From IMG/VR virus record IMGVR_UViG_3300030104_002647, positions 1,007 to 65,006 of that record: DNA of 64,000 nt, one strand, 5' to 3'. Made by a program: the position numbers and the translations under genes. Within the stretch, counting starts at the first letter, position 1. Every line of letters starts with the position of its first letter. The DNA is from a virus (Duplodnaviria > Caudoviricetes). Positions 25,722-35,957 of this stretch are shown piece by piece. Below the pieces are notes generated by a model. That model made no database searches. It saw only the letters and a program-made list of their open reading frames with translations, and was not told where the DNA came from.

Positions 25722-28700
25722 ATGGCAAAAATTAGCGACACTACGAGTTATCCAAATATAGCACCTGTTGGAGATGATTATTTAATATTAACAGATAAAG
25801 ATTCATCTTTAGCAACTAAAACAGTTTTAGTTTCAGCATTAGCAACTTATTTATTTGGAAACATTTCGTATTCGCTAATACCCGCTATTGATGACACATA
25901 TGATATAGGTTCATCAAGTAAAGAGTGGAAAGATTTATATCTAGATGGTATAGCATACATAGATGAGATACGAGCTGACCTAGGAGAAATTATTACTTTA
26001 ACTGTTCCTACTAACTTAACAGTTAGTGGTATACTTACTTTAACAGGAACAGTTGGAGGTTCTTCTTTAATTGTGTCGACTAGTTTATTAGGAGCTACTG
26101 ATAATAATATAGCTAGTACGTTAGCTATTAAAACTTATGTAGACGATGCAATAGCAACTGTAGATGATTTGTCTTGTTTTTATGACACAAGTTCCACATC
26201 AGTAAATATACCAACACAATCATTAAGGATATTAGGTACAGCTAACCAACTAACAACAGTAGGTGATGGAGCACAAACTATGCAGCTTTCATTTACTGCT
26301 AACATGGTAGCACCGGGAAATATTACAATTACCGGAAGTTCTTTCAAACCATTAACTGACAGTAACACAAACATAGGGAATGGAACTGATAAGTTTTTAA
26401 ATCTTTATGTAGATGCTATTGCCGATGATACAAATGCATTTGGTGCAGCAAACCAAGTTTTATCGGCAGGAACAGGGGGTGGTTCTTTGTCTTGGATAGA
26501 TATTCCAAATGAAGATTTATCAGTTAGAGTAGGAAGTTCAGGAGGAGCTACATTTGTAGTGGATTTAGCAACTGAAATGATTTCGTTTGTTGGTACAACA
26601 GATGAAATAGAAGTTTTATCTCCGGTATCAGAAACTGTTGCATTCAGATTACCTACAACTATAACTACTAGAGGAGCTCTTAATTCACAAGATATTAAAC
26701 CTCAAGCCGATATGACTTACGATATTGGTACAAGTTCTACTAAATATAAAGACTTATATGTTAGGTCTATTGCAGATGGAGCAGATAGTTTGGGTGGAGC
26801 TAATATGGTTTTAGCAAAAAATGCAGCAAATACAGCATTAGAGTGGACTACACCTGATGATTCTTCATTAGAATTTTTAGGCGATTCTAACACAGGTACA
26901 CCATCAGTAGACTTAAATTCTCAATCTTTCTCTGTTCTTGGAACATCAAGTGAGATTGTAACTACAGGTAGTGCACAAACTTTAACTTTATCGTTACCTA
27001 CAGCATTAGTTGCTCCGGGTTCTGTAAAAGCTACTACAAATTTAATAGCTACAGGAGATGTAGTTCCTGTTGCAGATAGTACAAGTAATTTAGCTTCAGC
27101 TACAGAAAAGTTTTTAGCTTTATATGCTGATTTAATTTATGACGCATCTAACTCAGCAGGTACTGCAGGACAAGTATTATCATCTACAGGTTCAGGATTA
27201 TCATGGGTAGCAAACACAGGTACAGACGATTTACAAATTGCAGGTGACACAGGAACAGGAGTAGTTGACCTTCCAACACAAACATTAACTGTTGCCGGAA
27301 CAGCAAATGAAATTGTAACAGTTGGAGGTTCACAAACAATAACAGTTGCATTCCCAACGGACATAACTACTAAAAACGATATTAATGTAACAGGAGATGC
27401 TTTACCTGTTACTGACAGCACTAGCAAATTAGGTAGTAGTACAAAAAAATGGCTATCTCTAGCTACTGATGATATTTTAGATGGCTCTAACAGTACAGGT
27501 ACAGAGTATCAAGTATTAAGAAAAAATTCAGGTAATACGGCTTTAGAGTGGTATGTACCTACGGTTTATTTTGCAGGTGATACAGGCACAGGTTCTATTA
27601 ATATAGGTCATAGTGATTCGACAAGTCCAATAAGATTATTGGGAACAACTAATCAAATAACCACATTAGGAGATGGCACAAGAACTGTTACATACAGTAT
27701 CCCGTCAACATTTATAGCTCCGGGCAGTATAGAATCAACAACAACAATGAAAGCTACTACTTCATTTGAAGTGGGTACAGATATAAAAGCTACAACTGAC
27801 CTAACTACAAAAATTGGTGGTACAGCTACAAGAATTTTAAGATTATATTTAAGTGAATTGTATGACCATTCTAACTCAGGGGGTACAAGTGGTCAAGTGT
27901 TATCTTCAGATGCTTCCGGTCAATTAGCATGGGTTGCACAAAATAACAGTACGTTAAATTTTGATGATGGTACAACTTCAGGTAGTGTTGATTTACCAAC
28001 ACAAAGCTTGAGTATTCAGGGTACTACAAATGAAATTACGGCAACAGCATTAAACCAACGCCTTACTTTATCATTACCCTCTACTATTACTGTACCGGGA
28101 GAAATGGCAATTACTACTTCATTAACTCCGGCTTCAAATGGTGCAGTACCTCTAGGTGGTAGTTCTCTAAGATGGTCAAAAATATTTGTTAATGATATAG
28201 ACGCAGTTAGTGGAGGTGTTGGAACAGCAGGACAATATTTAGTTAAAAATTCTTCTAACGAATTAGCTTGGTCATCTATAACTTCTAATTCTTTAGAATT
28301 TTTAGGTGATTCAAATACAGGAACACCAACAGTTGCATTAGGTTCGCAATCTTTAACTATTGCAGGTACAGCTAATGAAATTGTAACTGCAGGTAATGCA
28401 CAAGCATTAACTATAGCTTTCCCAACAGATATAACTACAAAAGGAGAAGTTAATAGTGTTGGTATTGTAAAACCAACTACTGACCAAGCTATTGACTTAG
28501 GTACATCCGCATTAAGATGGAAAGATATATATGTAAAAGAAATTAGAGATGCAGGTGACAATGTAGGTACATCAGGACAGGTTTTAGCAAAAAATCCTGC
28601 AAACACCGGATTGATATGGGTTAATAGTGGAACAGCAAATGTTGTTGAAGTAGTAACTACTGTATCAAATGCAGAAATGATGGCTTTAGCTACAACGCCA

Positions 28701-29048
28701 ATAGAATTAGTTCCTGCTCCGGGTGCAGGTAAAATGATTAGTGTTGTTGAATGTTTATGGAAACTTAATCATACAGCTCCAAACTTTGACTTTACCAATG
28801 ACGTTGCAGTAAGATTTAATGGTAGTGGAACTAATATTCAATTTCAACCATTCTTAAATTTTGATAATGGTATGTTAAATTCAGGTAGTGATTTTTACCA
28901 AACTATTCCACCGGCACAAAGCAATGGAAATGCAAATGGACAAATTAAAGTAAATGCTGCATTAGAATTATTTGCTGACACAAATCCAACGCAAGGTGGA
29001 GGGTCAACAAAATTTAAAATAAAATATAGAATAGAAGACGCATTCTAG
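25722..29048 (+). CDS. Long repeat-built tail fibre protein
   Basis: About seven units of roughly 120 aa (P..D....G....W/F..LY ... QVL...L.W ... GT.NEI.T). Confidence 0.8.
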   Translation: MAKISDTTSYPNIAPVGDDYLILTDKDSSLATKTVLVSALATYLFGNISYSLIPAIDDTYDIGSSSKEWKDLYLDGIAYIDEIRADLGEIITLTVPTNLTVSGILTLTGTVGGSSLIVSTSLLGATDNNIASTLAIKTYVDDAIATVDDLSCFYDTSSTSVNIPTQSLRILGTANQLTTVGDGAQTMQLSFTANMVAPGNITITGSSFKPLTDSNTNIGNGTDKFLNLYVDAIADDTNAFGAANQVLSAGTGGGSLSWIDIPNEDLSVRVGSSGGATFVVDLATEMISFVGTTDEIEVLSPVSETVAFRLPTTITTRGALNSQDIKPQADMTYDIGTSSTKYKDLYVRSIADGADSLGGANMVLAKNAANTALEWTTPDDSSLEFLGDSNTGTPSVDLNSQSFSVLGTSSEIVTTGSAQTLTLSLPTALVAPGSVKATTNLIATGDVVPVADSTSNLASATEKFLALYADLIYDASNSAGTAGQVLSSTGSGLSWVANTGTDDLQIAGDTGTGVVDLPTQTLTVAGTANEIVTVGGSQTITVAFPTDITTKNDINVTGDALPVTDSTSKLGSSTKKWLSLATDDILDGSNSTGTEYQVLRKNSGNTALEWYVPTVYFAGDTGTGSINIGHSDSTSPIRLLGTTNQITTLGDGTRTVTYSIPSTFIAPGSIESTTTMKATTSFEVGTDIKATTDLTTKIGGTATRILRLYLSELYDHSNSGGTSGQVLSSDASGQLAWVAQNNSTLNFDDGTTSGSVDLPTQSLSIQGTTNEITATALNQRLTLSLPSTITVPGEMAITTSLTPASNGAVPLGGSSLRWSKIFVNDIDAVSGGVGTAGQYLVKNSSNELAWSSITSNSLEFLGDSNTGTPTVALGSQSLTIAGTANEIVTAGNAQALTIAFPTDITTKGEVNSVGIVKPTTDQAIDLGTSALRWKDIYVKEIRDAGDNVGTSGQVLAKNPANTGLIWVNSGTANVVEVVTTVSNAEMMALATTPIELVPAPGAGKMISVVECLWKLNHTAPNFDFTNDVAVRFNGSGTNIQFQPFLNFDNGMLNSGSDFYQTIPPAQSNGNANGQIKVNAALELFADTNPTQGGGSTKFKIKYRIEDAF

Positions 29049-29060
29049 AAATTAAATGTA

Positions 29061-29285
29061 ATGGATATAAGAAAAATTTCAGTAGGACCTGACTATAAAT
29101 CAGGTGCTATGCATTATTTAGTTGGGCAAGAGGTATTAGGAGGAAATTATGTTATCCATTTAATTAAATTTGAATCTTCTACAAATAATTATAACATATA
29201 TATTATTCAAAAAAATGAAATTAAATTATGGAAATCGTTTAATAGTGTGATGCCGGTTTCTATAGAATACAATATAAATTTTTAA
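29061..29285 (+). CDS. Hypothetical protein
   Basis: IRKISVG.DYK..AMHY.VGQ...LWK.FN..MP.SIEYN. Confidence 0.75.
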   Translation: MDIRKISVGPDYKSGAMHYLVGQEVLGGNYVIHLIKFESSTNNYNIYIIQKNEIKLWKSFNSVMPVSIEYNINF

Positions 29286-29298
29286 ACAATGAATCAAA

Positions 29299-29862
29299 AT
29301 GCAATCCCCTCACAGCTTCATCGTACAACCACAAAAAGGAAAAAGGTACGACAATACTAAAAAATTTGGTGAGGTAGATTTTATTGTTAGCTCTTCACAG
29401 GAAGACCATAAGTTTTCAAATCGTTATGGAACAGTCATATCTTTACCATTAAATTATTGCGGACCTATTGAAATAGGTGACACATTAATAGTTCATCATA
29501 ATGTTTTTAAATATTATTATGATATGAAAGGCATACAAAAAAGCGGTAAAAGTTTTTTTAAAGATGATTTGTTTTTTATAGACAACGACCAATTTTTTTT
29601 GTATAATAAAAATGGAGAGTGGTTTGCTCACGATAAATATTGTTTTGTAGAGCCCATTGCTGCTAAAGATTATTATTTAAACAAAGCTATAAAACATGAG
29701 CCATTAATAGGTGTTATGAAATATCCAAATGCTGAGTTAATAAAACATGGCGTAAATAAAGGAGATGAAGTAGCATTTCAACCTGAAAGCGAATATGAGT
29801 TTAGAATAGATGGTGTATTAATGTATAGAATTATGTCTGAATTTATAACAGTTAAATTATGA
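29299..29862 (+). CDS. Tandem GroES-like domain protein
   Basis: Two repeats of a ..V.P...G.V....I..GD.V pattern. Confidence 0.6.
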   Translation: MQSPHSFIVQPQKGKRYDNTKKFGEVDFIVSSSQEDHKFSNRYGTVISLPLNYCGPIEIGDTLIVHHNVFKYYYDMKGIQKSGKSFFKDDLFFIDNDQFFLYNKNGEWFAHDKYCFVEPIAAKDYYLNKAIKHEPLIGVMKYPNAELIKHGVNKGDEVAFQPESEYEFRIDGVLMYRIMSEFITVKL

Positions 29863-30134
29863 GTAATATTGAAATTAAATTAAGAATTATTGAAGCAGGA
29901 CAAAAGGCAGTTGATGAATTAATTAGTGTTGCTAAAGAAAAAATAGTTAGAGGAGAGGAAGATGATTTATCTGCTGACAGATTAAAAAATGCTGCTGCTA
30001 CAAAAAAATTAGCAATTTTTGATGCATTTGAGATTTTAAATCGCATACAAACTGAAAAAGATTTAATTGAATTAGAAAGTAAAGGTATAACACAAACGAC
30101 AAATCAAGGTTTTGCAGAAAGACGTTCAAAATAA
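29859..30134 (+). CDS. Putative terminase small subunit
   Basis: Helical 91-aa protein immediately before TerL. Confidence 0.55.
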   Translation: MSNIEIKLRIIEAGQKAVDELISVAKEKIVRGEEDDLSADRLKNAAATKKLAIFDAFEILNRIQTEKDLIELESKGITQTTNQGFAERRSK

Positions 30135-32358
30135 ATTATATACTACATTATCTGATGTAATTCCTAAATCTGTACTTACAAATAAAAACAAAAGTGCAAC
30201 ATGGAAATACGGTTACAACGAAAAATATGATATTGTTGTAATTTCAAAAACAGGTCAAATAGGCGAAATTATTAGAATTAATAATATTAGTATTGCTTTA
30301 CCATTAGCACCAAAAAAAATAATAAAGCGAGACCCTTCTACCAAGCTTCAATATTGGGAAAGAAAAGAATATCCTAAACAATTAAAACGCATATCTACTA
30401 TTTTTCAATGGAACGAACAACCTGCAGTATTTAAAAATCAATGGGTAGATTACATAGAACAAGAATTTGATTACAGAGAAGAAGGATATTGGTTTTATAA
30501 TAATGGTATTCCTACTTACTTAACAGGTTCTCATTATATGTATTTACAATGGACAAAAATAGATGTTGGATATCCTGATTTTAGAGAAGCCAATAGATTG
30601 TTTTTTATTTTTTGGGAAGCATGTAGAGCTGATGTAAGAAGTTTTGGATTGTGTTATTTAAAAATAAGACGTTCAGGGTTTTCATTTATGGGTTCTTCAG
30701 AATGTATTAATACCGGAACATTAGCAAAAGATTCAAGAGTTGGAATTTTATCTAAAACAGGTTCTGATGCTAAAAAAATGTTTACAGATAAAGTAGTACC
30801 GATTGGAAGTAATTTACCGTTTTTTTTCAAACCTATACAAGACGGTATGGATAAACCAAAAACTGAATTAGCATTTAGAGTACCTGCATCTAAAATTACA
30901 AAAAAAAACATGTATACTGTTGAAGAAGAAGAGCTTGACGGTTTAGATACTACAATAGATTGGAAAAACACAGATGATAACTCTTATGATGGTGAAAAAT
31001 TATTATTATTAGTACATGACGAAAGTGGTAAATGGTTAAAACCTAATAACATATTGAATAATTGGCGTGTAACTAAAACCTGCTTAAGGTTGGGTAGTAA
31101 AATTATTGGTAAATGCATGATGGGCTCAACTTCAAACGCATTAAGTAAAGGGGGTAACAACTTCAAAAGTTTATATGAAGATTCGGATACTACGAAAAGA
31201 AATGCTAACGGTCAAACAAAAAGCGGTTTGTATAATTTGTTTATACCTATGGAATGGAATATGGAAGGATTTATAGACAGGTATGGTATGCCTGTGCTAG
31301 AAACTCCTGCTTCGCCTGTATTAGGTATCGATAATGAAAAAATAAAAGTTGGTGCTGTAGAGTATTGGCAAAATGAAGTTGACTCGTTAAAATCTGACCC
31401 TGACGCATTAAATGAATATTACAGACAATTTCCTCGTTCTGAGTCACATGCATTCAGAGATGAAAGCAAACAATCATTATTTAATTTGACAAAAATTTAT
31501 CAGCAAATAGATTATAATGATTCTTTAATATTACAACATCATGTAACACAAGGAAGTTTCTATTGGAAAGATGGTATAAAGGATAGTGAAGTAATTTTTA
31601 GACCTGATAAGCGTGGTAGATTTTTAGTCGGATGGACTCCCAATAAACAATTACAAAATAAATATTATATTAAAAATGGTAAAAAATATCCGGGCAATGA
31701 ACATATAGGTTCGTTTGGTTGTGATTCATATGACATATCAGGAGTTGTAGGAGGTGGAGGTTCTAACGGCTCTTTACATGGTATGACTAAATTTAATATG
31801 GATGATGCTCCAAGTAATGAGTTTTTTTTAGAATATATAGCTCGTCCACAAACAGCTGAAATATTTTTTGAAGAAGTATTGATGGCTTGTATATTTTATG
31901 GTATGCCAATATTATGTGAAAACAATAAACCAAGATTATTATATCATTTTAAAAATAGAGGATATCGAGGATACAGTATGAATCGTCCCGATAAAGTATA
32001 TAATAAATTATCAAAAACAGAAAGAGAATTAGGTGGTATCCCCAACTCTAGTGAAGATGTAAAACAATCTCATGCAGCAGCAATTGAATCGTATATTGAA
32101 AAATATGTAGGATTAGATTTTGAAGGAACATTTAGAGATTCAGAAGACATGGGTACAATGTATTTTACAAGAACATTAGAAGATTGGGCAAAGTTTGATA
32201 TATCAAATAGAACTCGTTTTGATGCGACTATAAGTTCAGGATTGGCTGTTATGGCGAATCAAAAACACTTATATTTACCTACCAAAAAAGAGTCAAAAAT
32301 AAGCATTAACTTTGCAAGATACACAAACACAGGAACTTTAAGCAAAATATTACAATGA
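30112..32358 (+). CDS. terL: Terminase large subunit
   Basis: K.RRSGFS Walker A variant, LLVHDESGK Walker B, GSTS coupling motif, GCDSYD nuclease motif; TTG start. Confidence 0.92.
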   Translation: MQKDVQNKLYTTLSDVIPKSVLTNKNKSATWKYGYNEKYDIVVISKTGQIGEIIRINNISIALPLAPKKIIKRDPSTKLQYWERKEYPKQLKRISTIFQWNEQPAVFKNQWVDYIEQEFDYREEGYWFYNNGIPTYLTGSHYMYLQWTKIDVGYPDFREANRLFFIFWEACRADVRSFGLCYLKIRRSGFSFMGSSECINTGTLAKDSRVGILSKTGSDAKKMFTDKVVPIGSNLPFFFKPIQDGMDKPKTELAFRVPASKITKKNMYTVEEEELDGLDTTIDWKNTDDNSYDGEKLLLLVHDESGKWLKPNNILNNWRVTKTCLRLGSKIIGKCMMGSTSNALSKGGNNFKSLYEDSDTTKRNANGQTKSGLYNLFIPMEWNMEGFIDRYGMPVLETPASPVLGIDNEKIKVGAVEYWQNEVDSLKSDPDALNEYYRQFPRSESHAFRDESKQSLFNLTKIYQQIDYNDSLILQHHVTQGSFYWKDGIKDSEVIFRPDKRGRFLVGWTPNKQLQNKYYIKNGKKYPGNEHIGSFGCDSYDISGVVGGGGSNGSLHGMTKFNMDDAPSNEFFLEYIARPQTAEIFFEEVLMACIFYGMPILCENNKPRLLYHFKNRGYRGYSMNRPDKVYNKLSKTERELGGIPNSSEDVKQSHAAAIESYIEKYVGLDFEGTFRDSEDMGTMYFTRTLEDWAKFDISNRTRFDATISSGLAVMANQKHLYLPTKKESKISINFARYTNTGTLSKILQ

Positions 32359-34790
32359 AAGATATAAAAATAGATATAACTGCCGCAGGTTTCCCAAGTC
32401 AATTTGTGTCTGATGCTAAAAAAGCAACAGTTGAGTTTGGGTTACAAATAGGTCAAGCAATACAATATGAGTGGTTTAGAAAAGATGGTGTAGGATGTAG
32501 ATACTATAATCAATGGGGTAATTTTAACCGATTAAGATTGTATGCTAGAGGTGAGCAATCTGTAGGTAAATATAAAAATGAATTAGCTATTGATGGTGAT
32601 TTATCTTATTTAAATTTAGATTGGTCGATAGTACCGGTTATTCCTAAATTTGTTGACATTGTTGTTAACGGAATGTCTGATAGATTATTTAAAGTTGAAG
32701 CATACGCACAAGATGCTATGTCTCAAGCAAAGCGTTCTAAGTATCAAGATATGGTAGAAGGTCAAATGTCTGCAAAACCTATTCTTGAAAATATATCTAA
32801 AAATTTTGGAGTTGACCCTTTTGTAGTTGAAGCTGATAGTTTGCCTGAAACTGATGATGAACTGCAGTTGTTTATGAATTTAAATTATAAACCTGCTATT
32901 GAAATTGCGGAAGAAGAAGCAATAAATACTTTGTTTGAAGACAATCATTATCAAGACATTAGAAAAAGATTAGACTACGATATTACTGTTTGTGGTATTG
33001 CATGTGCAAAACATGAATTTCTTGAGGGTAATGGAGTTACTATATCTTATGTAGACCCTGCAAATCTTGTTTATAGTTATACTGAAGATAAGCATTTTAA
33101 AGATTGTTTTTATTGGGGAGAAATAAAAACTTTACCCATAATAGAGTTAATTAAAATTGACCCTACATTAACAAATGAAGATTTAGAAGAAATAAGCAAA
33201 TACAGTCAAACTTGGTATGATTATTTTAATACAGCACAGTATTATCAAAACAGTATTTTTTATAGAGATACAGCTACGGTTATGTATTTTAATTATAAGA
33301 CTACTAAAGAGTATGTATACAAAAAGAAAAAACTAGATGGTGGCGGAGCTAGAGTAATTGAAAAAGATGACCAATTTAATCCTCCTGATGAAATTCAACA
33401 AGAAGGTAATTTTGAAAAAATAAGTAAACGAATTGATGTTTGGTATGAAGGGGTTATGGTTATGGGTACTAATTTTATTTTAAAATGGGAATTGTCTAAA
33501 AATATGGTTAGACCAAAGTCAGCATCTCAACATGCAATGCCTAATTATGTAGCGGTTGCTCCTCGAATGTATAAGGGAAGTATCGAGTCTTTAACTAGAA
33601 GAATGATACCTTTTGCAGATTTAATACAGATAACTCATTTAAAGCTACAGCAAGTTATCGCTAAAACAGTCCCTGATGGTGTTTATATTGACGCTGACGG
33701 ACTTAATGAGGTCGACCTAGGGACGGGTAACGCTTATAACCCTGAAGACGCTCTACGGCTTTATTTTCAAACAGGTAGCGTTGTAGGTAGAAGTTATACT
33801 CAAGATGGTGAATTTAACAACGGTAGAATACCAATCCAACAACTTACATCTAATAGCGGAGCAAGTAAAACACAAATGCTTTTAACTAATTATAATCATT
33901 ATATGGATATGATTAGAACAGTAACAGGATTAAATGAAGCGAGAGATGGTTCAACACCAAACCCTGATGCTTTAGTAGGGGTACAAAAACTTGCTGCATT
34001 AAATTCTAATACAGCTACTAGGCACATACTAGATGCAAGTTTATATTTATATAGAACTCTTGCTGAAGCGTTATCTTACAGAGTAGCTGATGTTTTAGAA
34101 TATTCATCATATAAAGAAGAATTTATAAATCAGATAGGTAAATACAATGTTTCAATATTAAATGAAATAAAAGATTTATATATATATGATTTCGGTATTT
34201 TCATTGAGGTATCTCCTGACGAAGAAGAAAAAGCTATGTTAGAACAAAATATACAAATGGCTTTATCAAAACAAGATATAAACTTAGAAGATGCTATTGA
34301 TATTAGAGGTTTAAGGAATATAAAACTTGCTAATCAATTACTCAAAATGAAACGAAAAAGAAAAAAAGAGGATGATGAAAAGCGAGAAATGACTAAACAA
34401 GCAGTCTTAGCTAAACAGCAGCAAATGTCGCAACAAATGGCAGCTCAAACTGCTATGCAAAAAATTCAAGCAGAAGGTCAAATGAAAATGCAATATCGAC
34501 AAGCGGACATAGCATTTGAAATAGAAAAAATGAAAGTTGAAGCTCAATTAAAACAAAGCTTAATGGCAGAAGAGTTTGAATACAATATGCAATTAAAAGG
34601 ACAACAAGATGCTGCTTTGTCTCAAAGAGAAAAAGATAGAGAAAAAGCTAAAGCAAATAGGATTAGTCAACAAAATACTGAACAGTCTAATTTGATAAAT
34701 CAAAAGAAAAATAATCTTCCTCCACAAAGTTTTGAATCTAATGAGGATAGCTTAGACGGCTTTAATTTATCAGAATTTGACCCTAGATAA
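32355..34790 (+). CDS. Portal protein
   Basis: 811 aa after TerL, with IPKFVDIVVNG, TGLNEARDGS and a long Q/K-rich helical barrel. Confidence 0.88.
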   Translation: MKDIKIDITAAGFPSQFVSDAKKATVEFGLQIGQAIQYEWFRKDGVGCRYYNQWGNFNRLRLYARGEQSVGKYKNELAIDGDLSYLNLDWSIVPVIPKFVDIVVNGMSDRLFKVEAYAQDAMSQAKRSKYQDMVEGQMSAKPILENISKNFGVDPFVVEADSLPETDDELQLFMNLNYKPAIEIAEEEAINTLFEDNHYQDIRKRLDYDITVCGIACAKHEFLEGNGVTISYVDPANLVYSYTEDKHFKDCFYWGEIKTLPIIELIKIDPTLTNEDLEEISKYSQTWYDYFNTAQYYQNSIFYRDTATVMYFNYKTTKEYVYKKKKLDGGGARVIEKDDQFNPPDEIQQEGNFEKISKRIDVWYEGVMVMGTNFILKWELSKNMVRPKSASQHAMPNYVAVAPRMYKGSIESLTRRMIPFADLIQITHLKLQQVIAKTVPDGVYIDADGLNEVDLGTGNAYNPEDALRLYFQTGSVVGRSYTQDGEFNNGRIPIQQLTSNSGASKTQMLLTNYNHYMDMIRTVTGLNEARDGSTPNPDALVGVQKLAALNSNTATRHILDASLYLYRTLAEALSYRVADVLEYSSYKEEFINQIGKYNVSILNEIKDLYIYDFGIFIEVSPDEEEKAMLEQNIQMALSKQDINLEDAIDIRGLRNIKLANQLLKMKRKRKKEDDEKREMTKQAVLAKQQQMSQQMAAQTAMQKIQAEGQMKMQYRQADIAFEIEKMKVEAQLKQSLMAEEFEYNMQLKGQQDAALSQREKDREKAKANRISQQNTEQSNLINQKKNNLPPQSFESNEDSLDGFNLSEFDPR

Positions 34791-34818
34791 TACCTTAAAA
34801 TAAATATTAGAGAATGTT

Positions 34819-34826
34819 TAACTTTG
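34819..34826 (+). promoter_or_regulatory. Promoter -7 element TAACTTTG
   Basis: Intergenic TAnnTTTG before the scaffold/capsid operon. Confidence 0.65.
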
Positions 34827-34848
34827 TACCAAATTAAAATTAAATCAA

Positions 34849-35934
34849 ATGAATTTAGAAAATATTAAAGTAAGAGAAGTAAGTTCGCCTGAAAAAGGTA
34901 AAGCTGAAATAGAGCAAGAGCTGTTAGATAAAAAAGCTCAACAAGATGCTCAAGAATCACAAGTTGTTGAAGAACAAGTTGTTGAAGAAACTAAACCTGT
35001 AGAACTTGATGACAATTCAGTTCTAGAGTATTTAGGAAAAAGATATAATAAAACCATTAATTCATTTGATGAGTTAATGCAGGAAAGAGAAGAACAAGAG
35101 GTTTTACCTGAAGATGTTTCATCTTTTCTAAAATATAAAAAAGAAACAGGTAGGGGAATCGAAGATTATGTTCGATTGAACAGAAACTTTGATGACATGC
35201 AACCTGATAATTTGTTAGCTGAGTATTACCTAGCAACTGATGAAGCTATAGATTCAGAAGATGTAGACGATTTGTTAGATGAGTTTAGATGGGATGATGA
35301 TGTAGATGATGAAAAAGTTGTTAAGAAAAAAAAGTTAGCAAAGAAGAGAGCTGTTGTTCAAGCTAAGAAATATTTTAACGAACAGAAAGAACAGTATAAA
35401 CAACCCCTTGAGTCAAGTACGGTTGTTAGTTCTGATGAGAGTAAAAAAATTGAAGAGTATGAACAATATCTCAAGAGTGTAAGAAGTAATGAGGAAGAGA
35501 CTAGAAAAAAACAAGATTGGTTTTCTAAAAAAACTGACGAGGTTTTTTCAAGTGAGTTCAAAGGTTTTGAGTTTACCGTAGGCGATAAAAATGTTACCTA
35601 TAGTCCCGGTGATGCATCCGAAATGAAATCGAAACAATCTAATGTTTTAAACTTTATAAATAAGTTTATAGACCAAGATACAGGTTTGATGAAAGATGCA
35701 CAAGGTTACCACAGAGCTTTATCACTAGCTATGAATCCTGAGAAGTTTGCTAAATTCTTTTATGAATTAGGTCAAGCGGAAGGAGTTGAAGATGTAGTCC
35801 GTAAAACAAAAAATGTTAGTATGGATATTCGTAAGACTCCTGAAACTGCAACAACTCAAGGAGGAATGAAAGTTAGAGCTTTAAATACCGACTCAGGTCG
35901 AGGTTTAAAGATAAAAAGTATGAGAAAAAAATAA
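34849..35934 (+). CDS. Putative capsid scaffolding protein
   Basis: Acidic and helical, located between portal and capsid genes. Confidence 0.7.
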   Translation: MNLENIKVREVSSPEKGKAEIEQELLDKKAQQDAQESQVVEEQVVEETKPVELDDNSVLEYLGKRYNKTINSFDELMQEREEQEVLPEDVSSFLKYKKETGRGIEDYVRLNRNFDDMQPDNLLAEYYLATDEAIDSEDVDDLLDEFRWDDDVDDEKVVKKKKLAKKRAVVQAKKYFNEQKEQYKQPLESSTVVSSDESKKIEEYEQYLKSVRSNEEETRKKQDWFSKKTDEVFSSEFKGFEFTVGDKNVTYSPGDASEMKSKQSNVLNFINKFIDQDTGLMKDAQGYHRALSLAMNPEKFAKFFYELGQAEGVEDVVRKTKNVSMDIRKTPETATTQGGMKVRALNTDSGRGLKIKSMRKK

Positions 35935-35957
35935 GTAACAATTAAAAATTATTAATT

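Noticed and set aside
19568-29048. Diversity-generating retroelement or invertible fibre cassette
   Set aside because: No reverse transcriptase, invertase or adenine-specific TR/VR pair was seen; the repeats are in-frame protein repeats.
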